Part shown: in pieces, positions 23,626 to 36,300 of the stretch
Layout: each line of letters opens with the position of its first letter
How positions within the stretch are numbered: position 1 is the stretch's first letter
Translations under genes and position numbers: made by a program
Notes under the pieces: model-generated
The model's database searches: none
The model's input: the letters and a program-made list of their open reading frames with translations, nothing else
What the model was told of the DNA's origin: nothing
Assembly (NCBI GenBank): GCA_965240325.2
Contig: OZ251232.1
Coordinates: 2,046,001 to 2,110,000 of the forward strand
DNA length: 64,000 nt
Direction of reading: 5' to 3'
Origin: Rebecca billardiae RCC1528
Lineage: Eukaryota; Protista; Haptophyta

Positions 23626-25436
23626 GCGTACCCGTGGTTGGGACAGTCTTCGCACATAAACAGCGGGGGCCTGGCGGCCTTGTCCCGGTGGGGCTGGTCG
23701 AACACAGCGCGTCTAGGACGCGACGGAGAAGCTGGTTAGGGCCGGCAGACCCGACGACGATGGGACGAGTTGGCCGTTCAGCGCTGACTAACGGGATCAT
23801 CCGGTGGCGCGCCGCAGTCGCGCGTGCGATTAAGCCAGCGGCGCGGCAGCGCGGCACTTCTGCAAGGCCCACCGAGGCGCACGGCGAGGCGCGCGTCGAT
23901 GCAGTCGTCGCTGCGCACGGCCGCTCGGGCACGACGGCGCGGCAACGGCACGCACCGCGGATGGCCCACCGGTCTGCAGGTGCGGGGCGAGCGGCGCAGG
24001 GCACAACCGACTGCACGGCGTAGACTCCTGCAGCCGTCGCTGAGCACGGCCCGTCGGGCACGACGTGGTACGAGCGGCTCGCGTCGGTGTGCATGTTGCG
24101 TCGTGCAGCTCGCGCCGGCGGGCACGCACCTCCGCGATGGCGCCGCGAGCCGCGGGCGGCGCGGGTGACGGCTCGAAGGCCGCGCCTGTTGATGACGAGC
24201 CAGTGAGCCAGTAATAGTCGGGCAAGTCGGCGAGGTAGGCTTGTGGTACAAGCTTCTCCATGAGGCCGTTCGTGCACGTCATCTGATGCGGTTGCGGCTG
24301 CTTGATCGCCGCCACGTGCCGCTGGATCTCCGCCAGATCGGCGCAGTTCCTCGCGACGCCGACGATGGCATCTGGCGCTGGGTTCGGCGGAGGCCCGCGG
24401 ACAGCTGATCCTCGTCGCACACGTGTGTGCGAGCGCGAGTGCCGGCAGCGTCGTCGAGCCACGCCGGATGAGCGCCATTCTGCGTGTCGCGCGCGGCCTT
24501 CGCCGCCTGCAGCAGCGCGCTGAGCTCGTTCGTCATACTCAATCGTGTGTGCCGAGCGCACGCGGCGCGGCGGCGAAAGCACTCGTCGCGGTTCCTCAAG
24601 GTGGGAGCGGATGGTCGTAGAAAAGCGTCCTATGTGGGAATCGCAACGACATCCCTATGATGCGCGCTCAAAAAGGTAACGACATGCGTTCTCGATTCCC
24701 GAGGCGTGCCTAATCAAAAATCGTTTCGGGGTCCATTGTTCGTATTCCTACTCCGATATTACTTTGGACAGCAGTAGGTGACACCCAATTAAAGGGGGTC
24801 GGAGCTGGGTCTCCCAGGGCTTTCTCACGAATTAAAATTGTTTAAAAGCTGTGTTCACCAGAATTTGCTGCGACAGTAGATAGTGCCAATCCACGTGTGA
24901 GGTATGCGTTTGTCCTTTCCTGCTTGAGTTGCCGCTATTTGGGCCCCGCGCGGCCATGAGTATTGTTCAATATACAGCTGCGAGGTACAAGTATTCAACG
25001 CAGGGGTCGTATTCGTCGATCGATTACAGCCGACGCGACTCAAGTTCATTGGCGGCTCATTATTTGAACAGCAACCGCGATGATACTCGCTCGTCAAGAG
25101 GGGCCCGCTCCAAAGAAATAGAGGGGGCGCTCGGGCCAGGCTGACCGCCGTGACGGGAGGTCGAGATGCCACCGCGGGCGCCGCGGGGCTGCGACCGAGG
25201 GTGTGGACCGTCGGGGTGATGTGTGAGCAAGATGTTCACGCCCTGTCACCTGCAACTGTCGACGGCCGTCCTCCACCTGCACCTCGCCTGCACCTCACGA
25301 CCGGGTGCCCGGATGACCGATCTGTAACGCTCGACGAGTGATCCCGACGGCTCGACGAGTGATCGAGTGATCCGCACGACGGGCGTCGCTTGCAACTGAT
25401 CACGGCCGCTCTCCTGCCCGGCGCTCATGAGGCGCA

Positions 25437-25992
25437 CGCTTGATGCGTGTCCTGCGCGGTTGTCACCTAACGACCTGCCCTGGCGGTTGCAACTCGGCTC
25501 TACATCTCTCGACGGAGTGGCGCGCCGCCGTCCGCGTTGCTCGACTGGATCTGCGCACCGGGCCTCGCCTGCAACTGTTTTGATGCGTGCCATGCCCTGC
25601 GCGGTTGGCACCTGGCTGCCTGCCCCTGCTGCTGCAACTCTCGACGGCGGCGCGCCGATCAGTGTTGCTCGACTGGATGTGCGCACCGGGCCTCACCTGC
25701 AACTGCAAGTGTTTACGGCCGTCCACCAGCCCTACGGTCCGAGGCTCAGTCGGCGCGCGCGCTTGATGCGTGCCGTGCCCTGCGCGGTTGGCACCTGGCT
25801 GCCTGGCCCTGCTGCTGCCGAACTCTCGACGGCGGTGCGCCGAATCAGTGTTGCTCGACTGGATTACTGCGCACCGGGCGTCGCCTGCAAGTCGGTTCAG
25901 TACGGCCGTCCACCAGCCCTACATACACGGTGCGAGGCTCAGTAGACAGTAGGGGCGCGCGCTTGATGCGTGCCCTGCGCAGTTGTCAACCG
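25437..25992. repeat. Degenerate tandem repeat, ~140-200-bp units
   Basis: TTGATGCGTG...CCTGCGC(G/A)GTTG recurs at ~25440, 25580, 25763 and 25963, with shared TGCTCGACTGGAT and ACGGCCGTCCACCAGCCCTAC blocks. Confidence 0.85.
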
Positions 25993-26140
25993 CGCAGGCT
26001 GCACCCGCCACCCGCCCCAGCGTCCGCAGCACTCGGGACCGTGGCGGCAGCAGCTACCTTGACGAATGTATCAATGAGTAATGACCCGGGACCGCCAGCT
26101 GTCTTAGTCTATTACTTAGTATGACGCTGCGGCTGCTACT

Positions 26141-27502
26141 CGGGCCGGGGGTTTGGCGGTAGCGAAGTTTGTCACTTTGACAAACTGTTTCAGCTTCGTC
26201 GGCGTGCGCTATTTTGAGCGCGCGCCTATGAAGGCAGCTGCTATTCAAAGGCGAGTCGCCTATGAAGCCGGCTCCTATGTGCGAATAGCTTACGGGTACT
26301 TGGGAGCGGGCGCTCATATGGCTCACCAGGCCGCGAGGCTGCGCCATGCCGCCCATCTGCACGTCGCCGAATCGGCCGCAAATCGGATGCGAGAGGCGAG
26401 GCGGAGGACGGCAGACATTCGCCATGAGCGTGGTGTCGATCCTTGTTGCGTGCGCCACCGTCGTGCTTGCTCCCGCCGCCGGGAAGCAGGCGCGCAAGCT
26501 GCCGTCCACGCAGGAGGACAATTCCTATCGTTCAACGCATGCGCCGAGCTCTCAATCCAAGTACATGGCGGTTGGGCGACCCTCTCGCCGTTCGTGGACG
26601 CTGCCATACCGTACTGCGCGAACTCTTGCTGCTACCTGCTCCGCCCAGCTGGCACGAAGGTGGGGCGCGAGGTGTTCTACTGGCAGACGTCTGGCAGTAG
26701 ACACCCTGACCTCGCAGCTGATGCTTCCCTCAGTGTGCTGTCCCAGTTGACAGACATGTCGTGGCTTGCGTCTCGGGGGCAGGTATTCATCTACCGTAGC
26801 GCTTCGCCGAGCTACGCCCTGCGCAAGCCGCCTCAGTGAGCGCCGCTCTGAAAGCCTCACCGACCTCTGCGTTCTATCGCGTGCCGCCTCATGCGTGATG
26901 CGGTTGAGCTGCCGTTGCACGCGGCGTGTGGCTCGAGCTCGCGCGGGGCTTGGCGACGCACACGTACGTGCGGAAAGCCGCATTGCCCTCGGCCTACGCC
27001 GCGTTCGACCGCGCGATGGGCGCGGGCACGCTCACCGGTCAGCGTGCGAATGAGCTGCGCGCGCTGATCGCCGGTGAGCTCAGAGCTGCGCGCGCTGCCG
27101 GCAGTCATCCCTGCGAGTGCTGCGGGGCGAAGCGGCGGGCGAGGCGCCAGCAGGAAAGCTCGCAATCGTCGACTCAGCGTTCGTCATGCTGCCCCCACTG
27201 CCACCTGACACGATTGGCCTGCAGTTGAGGGCGCCAAGGCGACGCTGCGCCCGCTCCTAGGGGCAACCGGCGGCTGAGGACGAGTCGAGCGATGCAGTTT
27301 GACTATGAGCTGACCGTTGACGATGATGCTACACGTACTACGACTACTGATGACGATTTTGACGCGCTGCTGGTCTCGGCGGTCATCAGCTGAGCCTGCG
27401 AGTGAGACTTGTTTCTCTCAATGCTGCCATCCGCCGCCGGATATGTGACTGCATGTGAGACCACGATTATCACTTGAGCTCGGCGCCAGCCCGATCGAAA
27501 GC
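26141..27502. mobile_element. Partial non-autonomous TIR element, copy B (inverted relative to copy A)
   Basis: Begins CGGGCCGGGGGTTTGGCGGTA. 26194-27502 is the reverse complement of 13543-14833 with many substitutions and indels. Confidence 0.6.
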
Positions 27503-29331
27503 ACAGTCCGCCACCCGCGAGGGAATGTGCAGCACGCGGGGCGGGGCGGGTGGCCCGTTGCCCCGCGCGAGCGCGGGTACGCGCTGTATGGCGTAATCGA
27601 GCGCCTCTCCGCCGACGAAGCCGCCTGAATAGATCATGTGCCGCTGTCCTTATCCTGCCGCCAGCCGAGAGCGGTCGTCGCGAGGACGCTTGCCGATGTC
27701 CGCCCCGGGCATGATGGGCTCGGCGCAGGTCGCGTTGACATCGTACACCACCGCCACGCTGAGTACGCGCGCGTTGACGTTCACGCGGTCGTCGCTCTTC
27801 GCCTCTTCGACAGGCCTGGCGCCCGCGTGTTTGGCCGCACGAGGAGCTGTTGGTTGTGCGCGCGCGCGCGCACAGCGACAGCGTGTGCCACGCGCGATCG
27901 AGAGTGGGCACGAGCTGCTCACGCAGGCACGCGAATTGCAGCGTCTCCGTCACCGGCGTGACGACTTCTGCCTCGTCCCGCAGCGCCTGCGCCATGGACG
28001 AGGATGGCGCGGCGAGGTTGCATGCTCGACGTTTCATCTCTCTGCGGATGGCATCACGGGCTTGTCTGTGTCGCGCTGCGGCGAGGGTCGCCGACTCGCG
28101 AAGACGCGGTTGCTGCCACGGCGACAGACCCGGGAGGTGCGTCCGCTGCGCGTCGTCCGCCGTTGGCGCTGCGCTTCCCGTCGCATTCGTCACCGTCGAC
28201 GCCATGCACGGCGGACGTGGGCTTCGGATGAGGGACCGCGAGCGACGAAGGACTGATGAGTCCGGTGCGCGGATTCCGGCGATCGAGTTCAGAAGGCCGC
28301 GCCAACAGTCTGCAGACCCGGACCTACGCCCCGGACACCCCCCCCGACAATGGTCCGGTAAGGTCCGGCTGCAGACTGGCCGCGCCAAATCTTGCGTCGC
28401 GTGCGATGGCGCTTCCCGCGCCCGCGAGACACCTCGTGATGAGGGCCTTTCCGCACCGAGCCCAACGCGCGGCGGTGGATCGCGCGAGATGGTTGTCGTG
28501 CGCAGCGCTTGATGCTATGGCCCGTGCGAGCGCTCGCCGTGCAAGTCAGGCGAGGACCGCCCCAGGTCGCACGATCGTGTCGACGCGCCGAGCGTACCTC
28601 CAAACGCGTCGACTTTGGCCCTCGTTCGACGTGCACGCGAGACGACGAGGGCAGCAATCGCGAATCGGGCGAAAAGCACCCTCGGGAGTCATCGCGCGAT
28701 GTCCGCGCCGGCGTTGGATCTGGCGCGCGCCGCCCACGCGCTCCGCGCCATCCGGTAACTCTTTTTCGGCCGAGCGTCCCCAGTGGGAGCTGCGAGGGCG
28801 CCCGGTACAGTTTATTTGTTTTAACGTGCGTAAGGCTCACGGTGGCAGGTTGCCGCGCCATCCTTCATCGCACGCTCTCCGAAGAGAGACCTGGAAACTG
28901 GGGGTTTGAACCCATGACCTCAGTAGTGAGCGAGGCGATTTTCTTTTCTTTGCGAGGCGATTTTCTGCTTTAATTTTCCCTTTATTTCTTTTTCTTATTA
29001 TCTTTTCCGCCCGGGCACAGTTACAAGGGGACCTACAGTTTACTATGTTTTAACGTGCACACTTGGTTAAGGCGTGATTGACGACGGCCATCCAACACTG
29101 CACAAAGACACCGCCGCCACATCAATAAAACATTAAGTCCGGCGCAGGCCGCGGGTGAGGCGGGCGCGTTGCCGCACCAGCCCGCACCTCATCGAGGCGG
29201 CCATTGGCAGCAAGCGGCCGCCCCGCGCTCGGAGGCACGCGCTCGGGAGCGCGCTCTGACACCACACGGGGAGGGTGCTGCACCTGGATGTTGTATCCGC
29301 CCAGCCACCTCGAGAGTGCAGCCGCGCCAAA

Positions 29332-31284
29332 TAGGTGGGTCCCTCCCAACTGGGGCGATATTCTGGCGCACTCAGAATGGCGTCCTAGATTTCGTCTCTC
29401 ACCCAGAATCGACGCTATAAATGCGTCCCATCGGGGCGGAGCAAAAGTTTCGACCTCAAATCCTACTCCGCGTGCCGTCGCGCGGCCGAGCGCGCGCGCG
29501 CCGCGCCACTAGTGTCACATAGAGATTTTGCGAAGCGTTACTTGATGGTTATGGTGGCTAGATGGCGACATGCGATCGGAATGACTTATTGGCAACCGTT
29601 GACACCCGACCGAACCATTTTATGAAGCAAAGAGTGGGGCTCTATGCTGTGCGCGGATACCTCCAACAAACTACAGCAAGATCGAGCAGATTACCCACTT
29701 TGTATATAGCCAATTACCCGTATATATAACGACGGTTACCCACTTTATATTGACCATGGATGTGGCTCACTATATATTCAAATTCGTTCCTATATGTGGG
29801 TACGTTTGTTGGGTCATCGAATAGGCGCCGAGCGACGCGGACACAGGCAAACCGGGCCGCAACGGGACTGCCTGCGAGTGGCAGTGTTTGTGGCGGGCTG
29901 CGTGCCGAGGCACGCATCATCGCCCGCCACCGAGCATGTCACCGTCGTCACACGGGAGCCCTCCGCCGTCGAGGCTGGACTATCAGCCAACGCCACCGCC
30001 GGAGCTTGCCGCGCTCGGCGGCTTCCGTGCTCGTACTCAGCGTGTCACCGGTCGTCGTATGCCCACCCGCGTGAGGCCGCCACCAGTCCACGACTACCGC
30101 AGCTGCAGCCCATGCCGTGGACGATACCTCCTACAATCTTCTTGCCAGGCAGCAATACGATAGGTTCACCGACGCTGCTGCTAGGCTGAGAGCACTCAGC
30201 CAGTTGGCCGGCGAGACGTCAGATGGTTGAGCTGCTGGCCTAGCCATCACGTTGCGGCTTCCGCTCGCTCAAGTACACCCAACGTGACGACGAGAACGTG
30301 CCGGGCAATCATCAGACATGTGTCTGAGGGGTCTACCACGCCTAGCCGTAGATTTGCTGAGTACGAGTCTTCGCAGATAACAAGCGGAACGAGTGGGACC
30401 ACCCGATGGCAGGAGCAACAGCGTGGGGTGGCACCCGCGCCTGTCAACGCGACCGAGTTCTGTCAAGAATGGACCCATATCCTGCGACCACGCTCGAGCA
30501 CCGCATATTATGCCCACACTCGGCATAGGGAAGGATCGCTGAGCGCCTGCTGCCGCTGTCAAAGGCCCTGCTGATCTTCCTGGCGCTTGATCGTGCACAC
30601 GGATGGCAAGTCAGCGTGCTCGATGCACATCGCGGCGGCTTCTTAGCATCCCAAGTCCTCAGTGCACCCATCCCAGGCCTGCTGGTCGATTATTGGTACC
30701 AACCCCCACCAAACACGCCCTCTCGGAAGTCGCCAATCGCTCACATGGCTCCCCGAGAGCCCGGGGCTGGCTGTCGTGCGTTCTCACGAGCAGCTTGCGC
30801 GCAGCCCAATTGTCACCTTCACGGTGCGTAGAGCTGCTCAAGATGGCGGGAGCGTCAAGCGTATGCACATGCCTGATGGTGACCCATGCCTCCCGTCGCC
30901 TGACCCGCTTGTAGCGAAAAGTGACCCTGCTCGAAGGCACGGGTCGAACACCTGCCGATCGATTCAAGTTGTCTGTACGCGTCTAGCCGGGCGAGAGTCA
31001 AACATGCCGGCCCGTGCCAGGCGGGGGATGTGTGACCACGGATCCCATCCGTGAGCACGCGCAAAGCGCTGGAGCGCGCGATAGGTGTTGGCAGTAGTCT
31101 ACCCGACACACGGCGGCTCGGTCGCGCTGGAGAGGCGCTCCGACATCGTCGGGAGCGTTCAGATCGGGACCCCGGCCGGCGGCCCGGCGATTTTCCCGAG
31201 CCGCGCCCCGCGCGAAAAGAAATCCGGCCATAAAACACGGTAAATGTTTAAAAGACCGCTGGAAAATCGCCAGGGACCCACCTA
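29332..31284. mobile_element. 1.95-kb TIR element with 7-bp target-site duplication
   Basis: 13-bp perfect TIR TAGGTGGGTCCCT (29332-29344) / AGGGACCCACCTA (31272-31284). TSD CGCCAAA at 29325-29331 and 31285-31291. Interior looks like decayed coding sequence. Confidence 0.8.
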
Positions 31285-31340
31285 CGCCAAACGTACACCT
31301 GCCTGCGCTGTGAGCGACGCCACAAACGGCCCGCGCCATA

Positions 31341-31854
31341 CAGGCAATCGCGGGCAATAAGAAGTCAGAGATCTCACGGCTAGCCTCGGTTTCTTAGCCG
31401 TTCGGTAGCCCGAGCGCCTACGGAGTCTCAGTTTCTTAGCTAGGTCCGCCCGCCGCGCAGGCGCGGGGGGCGCAGGGGGGCAGAGCCCCCCGCTGAGTCT
31501 TTAGGCCCGGCCGGCGAGGCCAACGAAAAGTTTGGGCCTTTTTGGAGCAAATCTGGCATGATGTTGCATGGATGCTGCGGTGCACTGGCCAGGAGTCAGT
31601 CATCAGGAGAAGTCGGGACTTGGCCTGTACTCGTAGTCGGGCCGCGCGCCGCGTCCCCGACGGGCCGACTGCGCCTCGCCCCTCGGCGGACCACTCGACA
31701 CTCGTCAGCCGGGACGACGTAGTCCCGGTTTCTTAGTGTGACTATGCGTATAGCGAACCAGCCAATCGCTAGCCTCAGTTTCTAGGCCAGATCCGCAGAT
31801 AGCAAGCGCCCCAGTTTCTTAACGTGACAGCTCCTTATTGCCCGCGATTGCCTG
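31341..31854. mobile_element. 514-bp MITE with TA target duplication
   Basis: 21-bp perfect TIR CAGGCAATCGCGGGCAATAAG / CTTATTGCCCGCGATTGCCTG with TA on both sides. Internal repeated GTTTCTTAG-like motifs and a GGGGGCAGAGCCCCC hairpin. Confidence 0.92.
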
Positions 31855-31866
31855 TAGCTACACTTA

Positions 31867-32807
31867 CAGGGCACAGAAGGCCTGTTTTATTTCTACCAGA
31901 TTCCATTTACTATGTCACGGCGACAAACCCGTGCCCGCCAGTGGGAATCGGTGTCACGCCCCGTTCAGTGTACCTCTCACGGCCGATGGCGGCCCCGGCG
32001 TGCGCGAGGAATGCGATTCCTGCACTCCTCGGTGACCGGTGAGTGCAGGAATCCAGTTGCGGCGCTCGTCCGCCTCGTCGTCGTCGCACACGAGGTACAC
32101 TGAAGAGCACGGGTCAGAAGCCAGATCTCTCTGCGCGCTCGCGCCCGCGCGGCGAGGCACTGGCAGGCTTGTTCTGGCATCATCTTGGCCAAGACTGCAG
32201 CCTGCGAGATGCGCGAGGACGCGTGTGCACGCCTTTCCCGCGTCATGGGTGCGCGTGGCACGCACCCTGTCGTCATCTACGCCGAGGAGGCCTGAGCAAC
32301 CAGCCCACCAACCTGCCGTGACCACGTTCAAATGCAGGCGGCAAGCTGCATGCGAGCGCACGCAACGGAAGCATCTCACGCTCGACAAGGAAGTGGCGGC
32401 GGAGCGAGTGTAGCTGGTATCGTTTGCAGCCCATCGGTTGTTCAACAATCCTGGTTCAACAACTGACACGGGCGCGACGCAGCCAAGGCAGAGTGCTTGC
32501 AGCTCGCAGCGCGCCCGCAACTGCGGTTTGCCGCCGCGGCGCGGCGATCGTCACACCGCCGTGCGCTGCGAGTGACCTCTGTGTCATGGCGAAGCACCAT
32601 GGCAAGGCTAAGCAGCATGCCTTGGCAACACCTTTCGCTACAGCTCAGCGCCCTAGTACGAACATGCGCCGACGACGTGCCATCCCTACTCCGCAATCGC
32701 GCCGGCACCCACCACCAGCGGGCAAGCCGCCATTTTACCCGGTTTTGGCGAATGTCGCCGTTGGGCTCTCGTAGAAATAAAACAGGCCAGAAGTACGATG
32801 GCGGCTG
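31867..32807. mobile_element. 941-bp TA-flanked element with bipartite asymmetric ends
   Basis: TA|CAG-9 bp-GGCCTGTTTTATTTCTAC (31879-31896) ... GTAGAAATAAAACAGGCC (32771-32788)-16 bp-CTG|TA. Internal 13-bp hairpin at 32015-32053. Confidence 0.7.
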
Positions 32808-33304
32808 TATATGCACACTACAATATATATATATAATAACGGCACTCGTACGCCGCCTACAGCCTACTGGGCGTCGTCGGCTCAGCTGAAGCGCTGCCAC
32901 TACTCTCTGACTACTAGCTGTCGCGGCCGACTCCACGGGAATCGGACACGACGCCTGCGGTACCCGGCGACCAGAGTGACGCCGCCGTGAGTCGGCCTGA
33001 CGGTCCGACGCGCGGCCGTGAGTGCGACTGACAGGCTGACAGCGGAGACAGGGGTGCGAGACAGGGCAGGGCGAGCCGGGATCACGGGCCTTCAGCGCAT
33101 GGGAGCTGCGCGCGCCGGCGCGGCCGCGCCGGCCGCGGCTGCCCCGGCCCCGTCGCGGTGGTCACGACACGTGACCGGACGCGTCGGCGCCAGGTCGGGT
33201 AGTACATACATGGACGCCTTCGCCGAGCGCGCGCTCGCCTGCCGACTCGCCACTCGCGGCCGGCCGCGGCCGGCCGCGAGCGGCGCGCTCGCGCTCTCGG
33301 CGCG

Positions 33305-36300
33305 TCAGGTCTCCGTCGTCCCGCCGCGCTCGGCGGCGTACGCGATGAGGTACCTCATCTCCTCCTGGCACGCGCACGCGGTGCGCTGCGGGGCCGAGGA
33401 CGAGCCTGTCGCGGGGCGGGCGGCGCGGCGCGGGCGCAGCGTGAGCGAGCGGCGCGCGCGCCGCCGCGCAGCGCGGCGCGGCGCGCGCACCGCTTGCTGC
33501 AGCGAGCGCGACGTGCGCTGCCATGTAGTCGCACTGCGTGAGCGGCCCGCCCTGCGGGATGTACTTCGCGAGCACGAGCCGCTCCTCGAACGTCCAAGCG
33601 TACGAGTTGCCGCGCTTCGTGCCGTCGCCGCCGCCGCCGCCGGCGCGCTGGCCCGGCGCGAGCGGCCGTGCCAGCTTGAGATCCTCGCCTATCATGTGCT
33701 TGTAATCCAGGTGCGCCGCGAGCTCCGTCGCGTGCGGAGGCCCGGCTTTCGTCTTGGTGCCGCTGCCGGGGACCCTGTACTGCGCGCGATACACGTCGCC
33801 CGCCTCCAGCCGCTGGACGGTCACGCCCTTCAGGGTGCACTGCTTCGGCAGCCGCTTCTTCGGCGGCGGCTCGGGCGCGGAGGCGATGAGGGCGCGCTCC
33901 TCCTGTGTCGGGCGGTACAGGACCGAGAGGGGCACGATCTGCTCCTCGCGGTTCTTCGCGCGCACCATGGCGTCGAAGGCGTCCTCCGCCGCCTGCCGCG
34001 TGACCCTCTCCTTCTTGTGCGATTTTCCGGGCACATTGAGCCTCGCGTAGAAGACCGTCTTCCCCCTCGTGTTGGTCTTCGCGTCGGTCGCGCAGCCATA
34101 ATTGTTGTTGCGCGGCGGCTCGCCGCCGCCCGCGCCGCCGCCGCCGCCCGCACCGCCGCCGCCGCCCGCGCCGCCGCCGCCGCCCGCGCCGCCGCCGCCG
34201 CCCGCGCCGCCGCCGCCGCCCGCGCCCAGCCCCATCTCAGCGAGCTCGCTGTCGAGGGGCTGGTTCACCGCGCGCATCGCCGCGTCGCGCACGGCGCCGG
34301 CGAGCTCGCGCACGCGCTCCGCGGTCGCGGTCGAGAGCTCGCGCTGCAGCGCGCCGACGGGGCCCGCCACGTCGCCGCACTCGAGCGCGAGCCGCAGGTT
34401 GGACGCGATGCGGTCGAGCTCGTGCACGCCGTGCGCGCGGCACGCCTCGATCAGGTTGTCCACGCGCCCCGCGCGCGCCTCGTTCGTCTCCCGCACCGCC
34501 ACCTCGCCCACGCCGACCGCCGCCTCGAGCGCCGCCTCGAGCGCGCGCGCCGCCGCCGCCACCGCCTCCGCCTCCGCCGCGCCGCCGCCGCCGCCGCGCG
34601 CCGCCACCTCGATCGCCACGGCGAGCGCGATGGCGGCGGCGCGCACGGCGCGACTCCCGCCCCACTGCGCGAAGAGCGACTCGCGCGGGCTCGGCAGGAC
34701 CACGCCGTGCAGGCCGCGCACGTGCGCCGCGTGCCACAGCAGCGCGCGCAGCTCGCACCGGCGCCCGACCGCCATGTCGCCGCGCGCGCTGCCGAGCGCG
34801 CCGTCCGCCGCCTCCGGCTCCGGCTCCGCCGCCTCCGCCGCCTCCGCCGCCTCCTCCTCCGGCGACGGCACCGCCTCCGCCTCCTCCTCCGCCTCCTCCA
34901 CCGACGGCACCGCCGCCCCCGCCGCCCCCGCCGCCGCCCCCGCCGCGCGCGCCGCCGCCGCCGCCGCCGCGCGCGCCGCGCGCACGAGCCGCGTGAGCCC
35001 GCGCAGCGCCGCGTCGAGCGCGTGCGCGGCAAAGCCGTCGCGCGCGAGCCGCGCGGCGGCCGCCGCGTACGCGGCCGCGCTCGCGAGCTCGACGCACTGC
35101 GGGCCGTGCACGGCCGAGGCGAGCGAGGCGCGCTGGTTCCACAGCTGCTCGCGCGCGGCGCGCGGCACCGCGCCCGGGCCGAGCACCGCCTCCAGCGCGT
35201 CGGCCACCGCCTCGACGTTGATGGTCGGGAGCGCGTCGCTCGGCGGCGGCGCGTTGCCCATGGGGCGGAGCACGCCGCGCGCGGCCAGGCGCGCGTGGAG
35301 GGCGGCGAGGCGCTGGAACACGGTGGACTCGGCGTCAGACGCGAGCACCGCGTCGAGCAGCGCGTCCACGTCCTCCTCCTCGCCCTCCGGCAGCGCCGCG
35401 CCCGCGCCGCGCAGCGCGGCGGCGAGGCTCGGGTACGCCTGCGTGGGCGTGAGCACGCCCAGCAGCTCGTCGCGCTGCTCGGCGCACGCGGTGCGCAGGA
35501 GGTGCGCGGCGCGCGCCCAGAGGGCCGCGTCGTCGTCACCGCCGCCCTCGGCGTACGGCGCGAGGCACGCCATGCGCGCGAGCAGCGACGCCGCGCGCAG
35601 CCGCGCGATCACCTCCGACGGCGGCACGGCCACGAAGCCCGCACCGTCGTGCGCGGCGTGCGCGGCGCGCGTGAGCCGCTCCGTCGCCGCGCGGCCGAGC
35701 GGCGTGACGATAAACTCGCGGTGCACGGGGCCGTGCTTGTCGAGGTCATCGCTCGTCAGGCCGCGCAATGGCAGCGCGAGCTCGATGGCCTTGGGGTCGG
35801 CGAGCAACTCCGTCCGGACGCCGCTCGCCGTCTCGAGCACGCAGAAGCCCTGGAGCAAGCCCGGCGCCGCGCCCGCGTCGGCGCCGTCGGCGCCGCCGAG
35901 CAGGACGAGCACCGGCGCGCGCGCGACGCCGGGGCGGCTGCGGAGGTCGTCGAGGAGGTCGTGGATCCACGCGTACTGCTGCACGCACGCGAGGCACCAC
36001 GCCTCCTCGACGCCGACGGTCTCCGCGCCGAGCAGCCGGCAGAGCGGCACGACGCCGAGCGCGCGCGCCGGGAACCACAGCCGCAGCGCCTTGGCGATCA
36101 GCCCGAGGTGGAAGAACTGCTGGTGCACGCACTGCAGGTTGGCGAGCGCGCGCAGCAGCGCGCGGCCCTGCTCGTTCAGGTCGAGCGCCTCGAACGCCGC
36201 GCGCCCACCCACGCCGCCGCACGCGGCGCCGCGCTCGTCCACCGCGAGCAGCAGCAGCAGTTGGAAGAAGAGCGTTCGGCGCAGCTGCGCGTTCGGGCCG

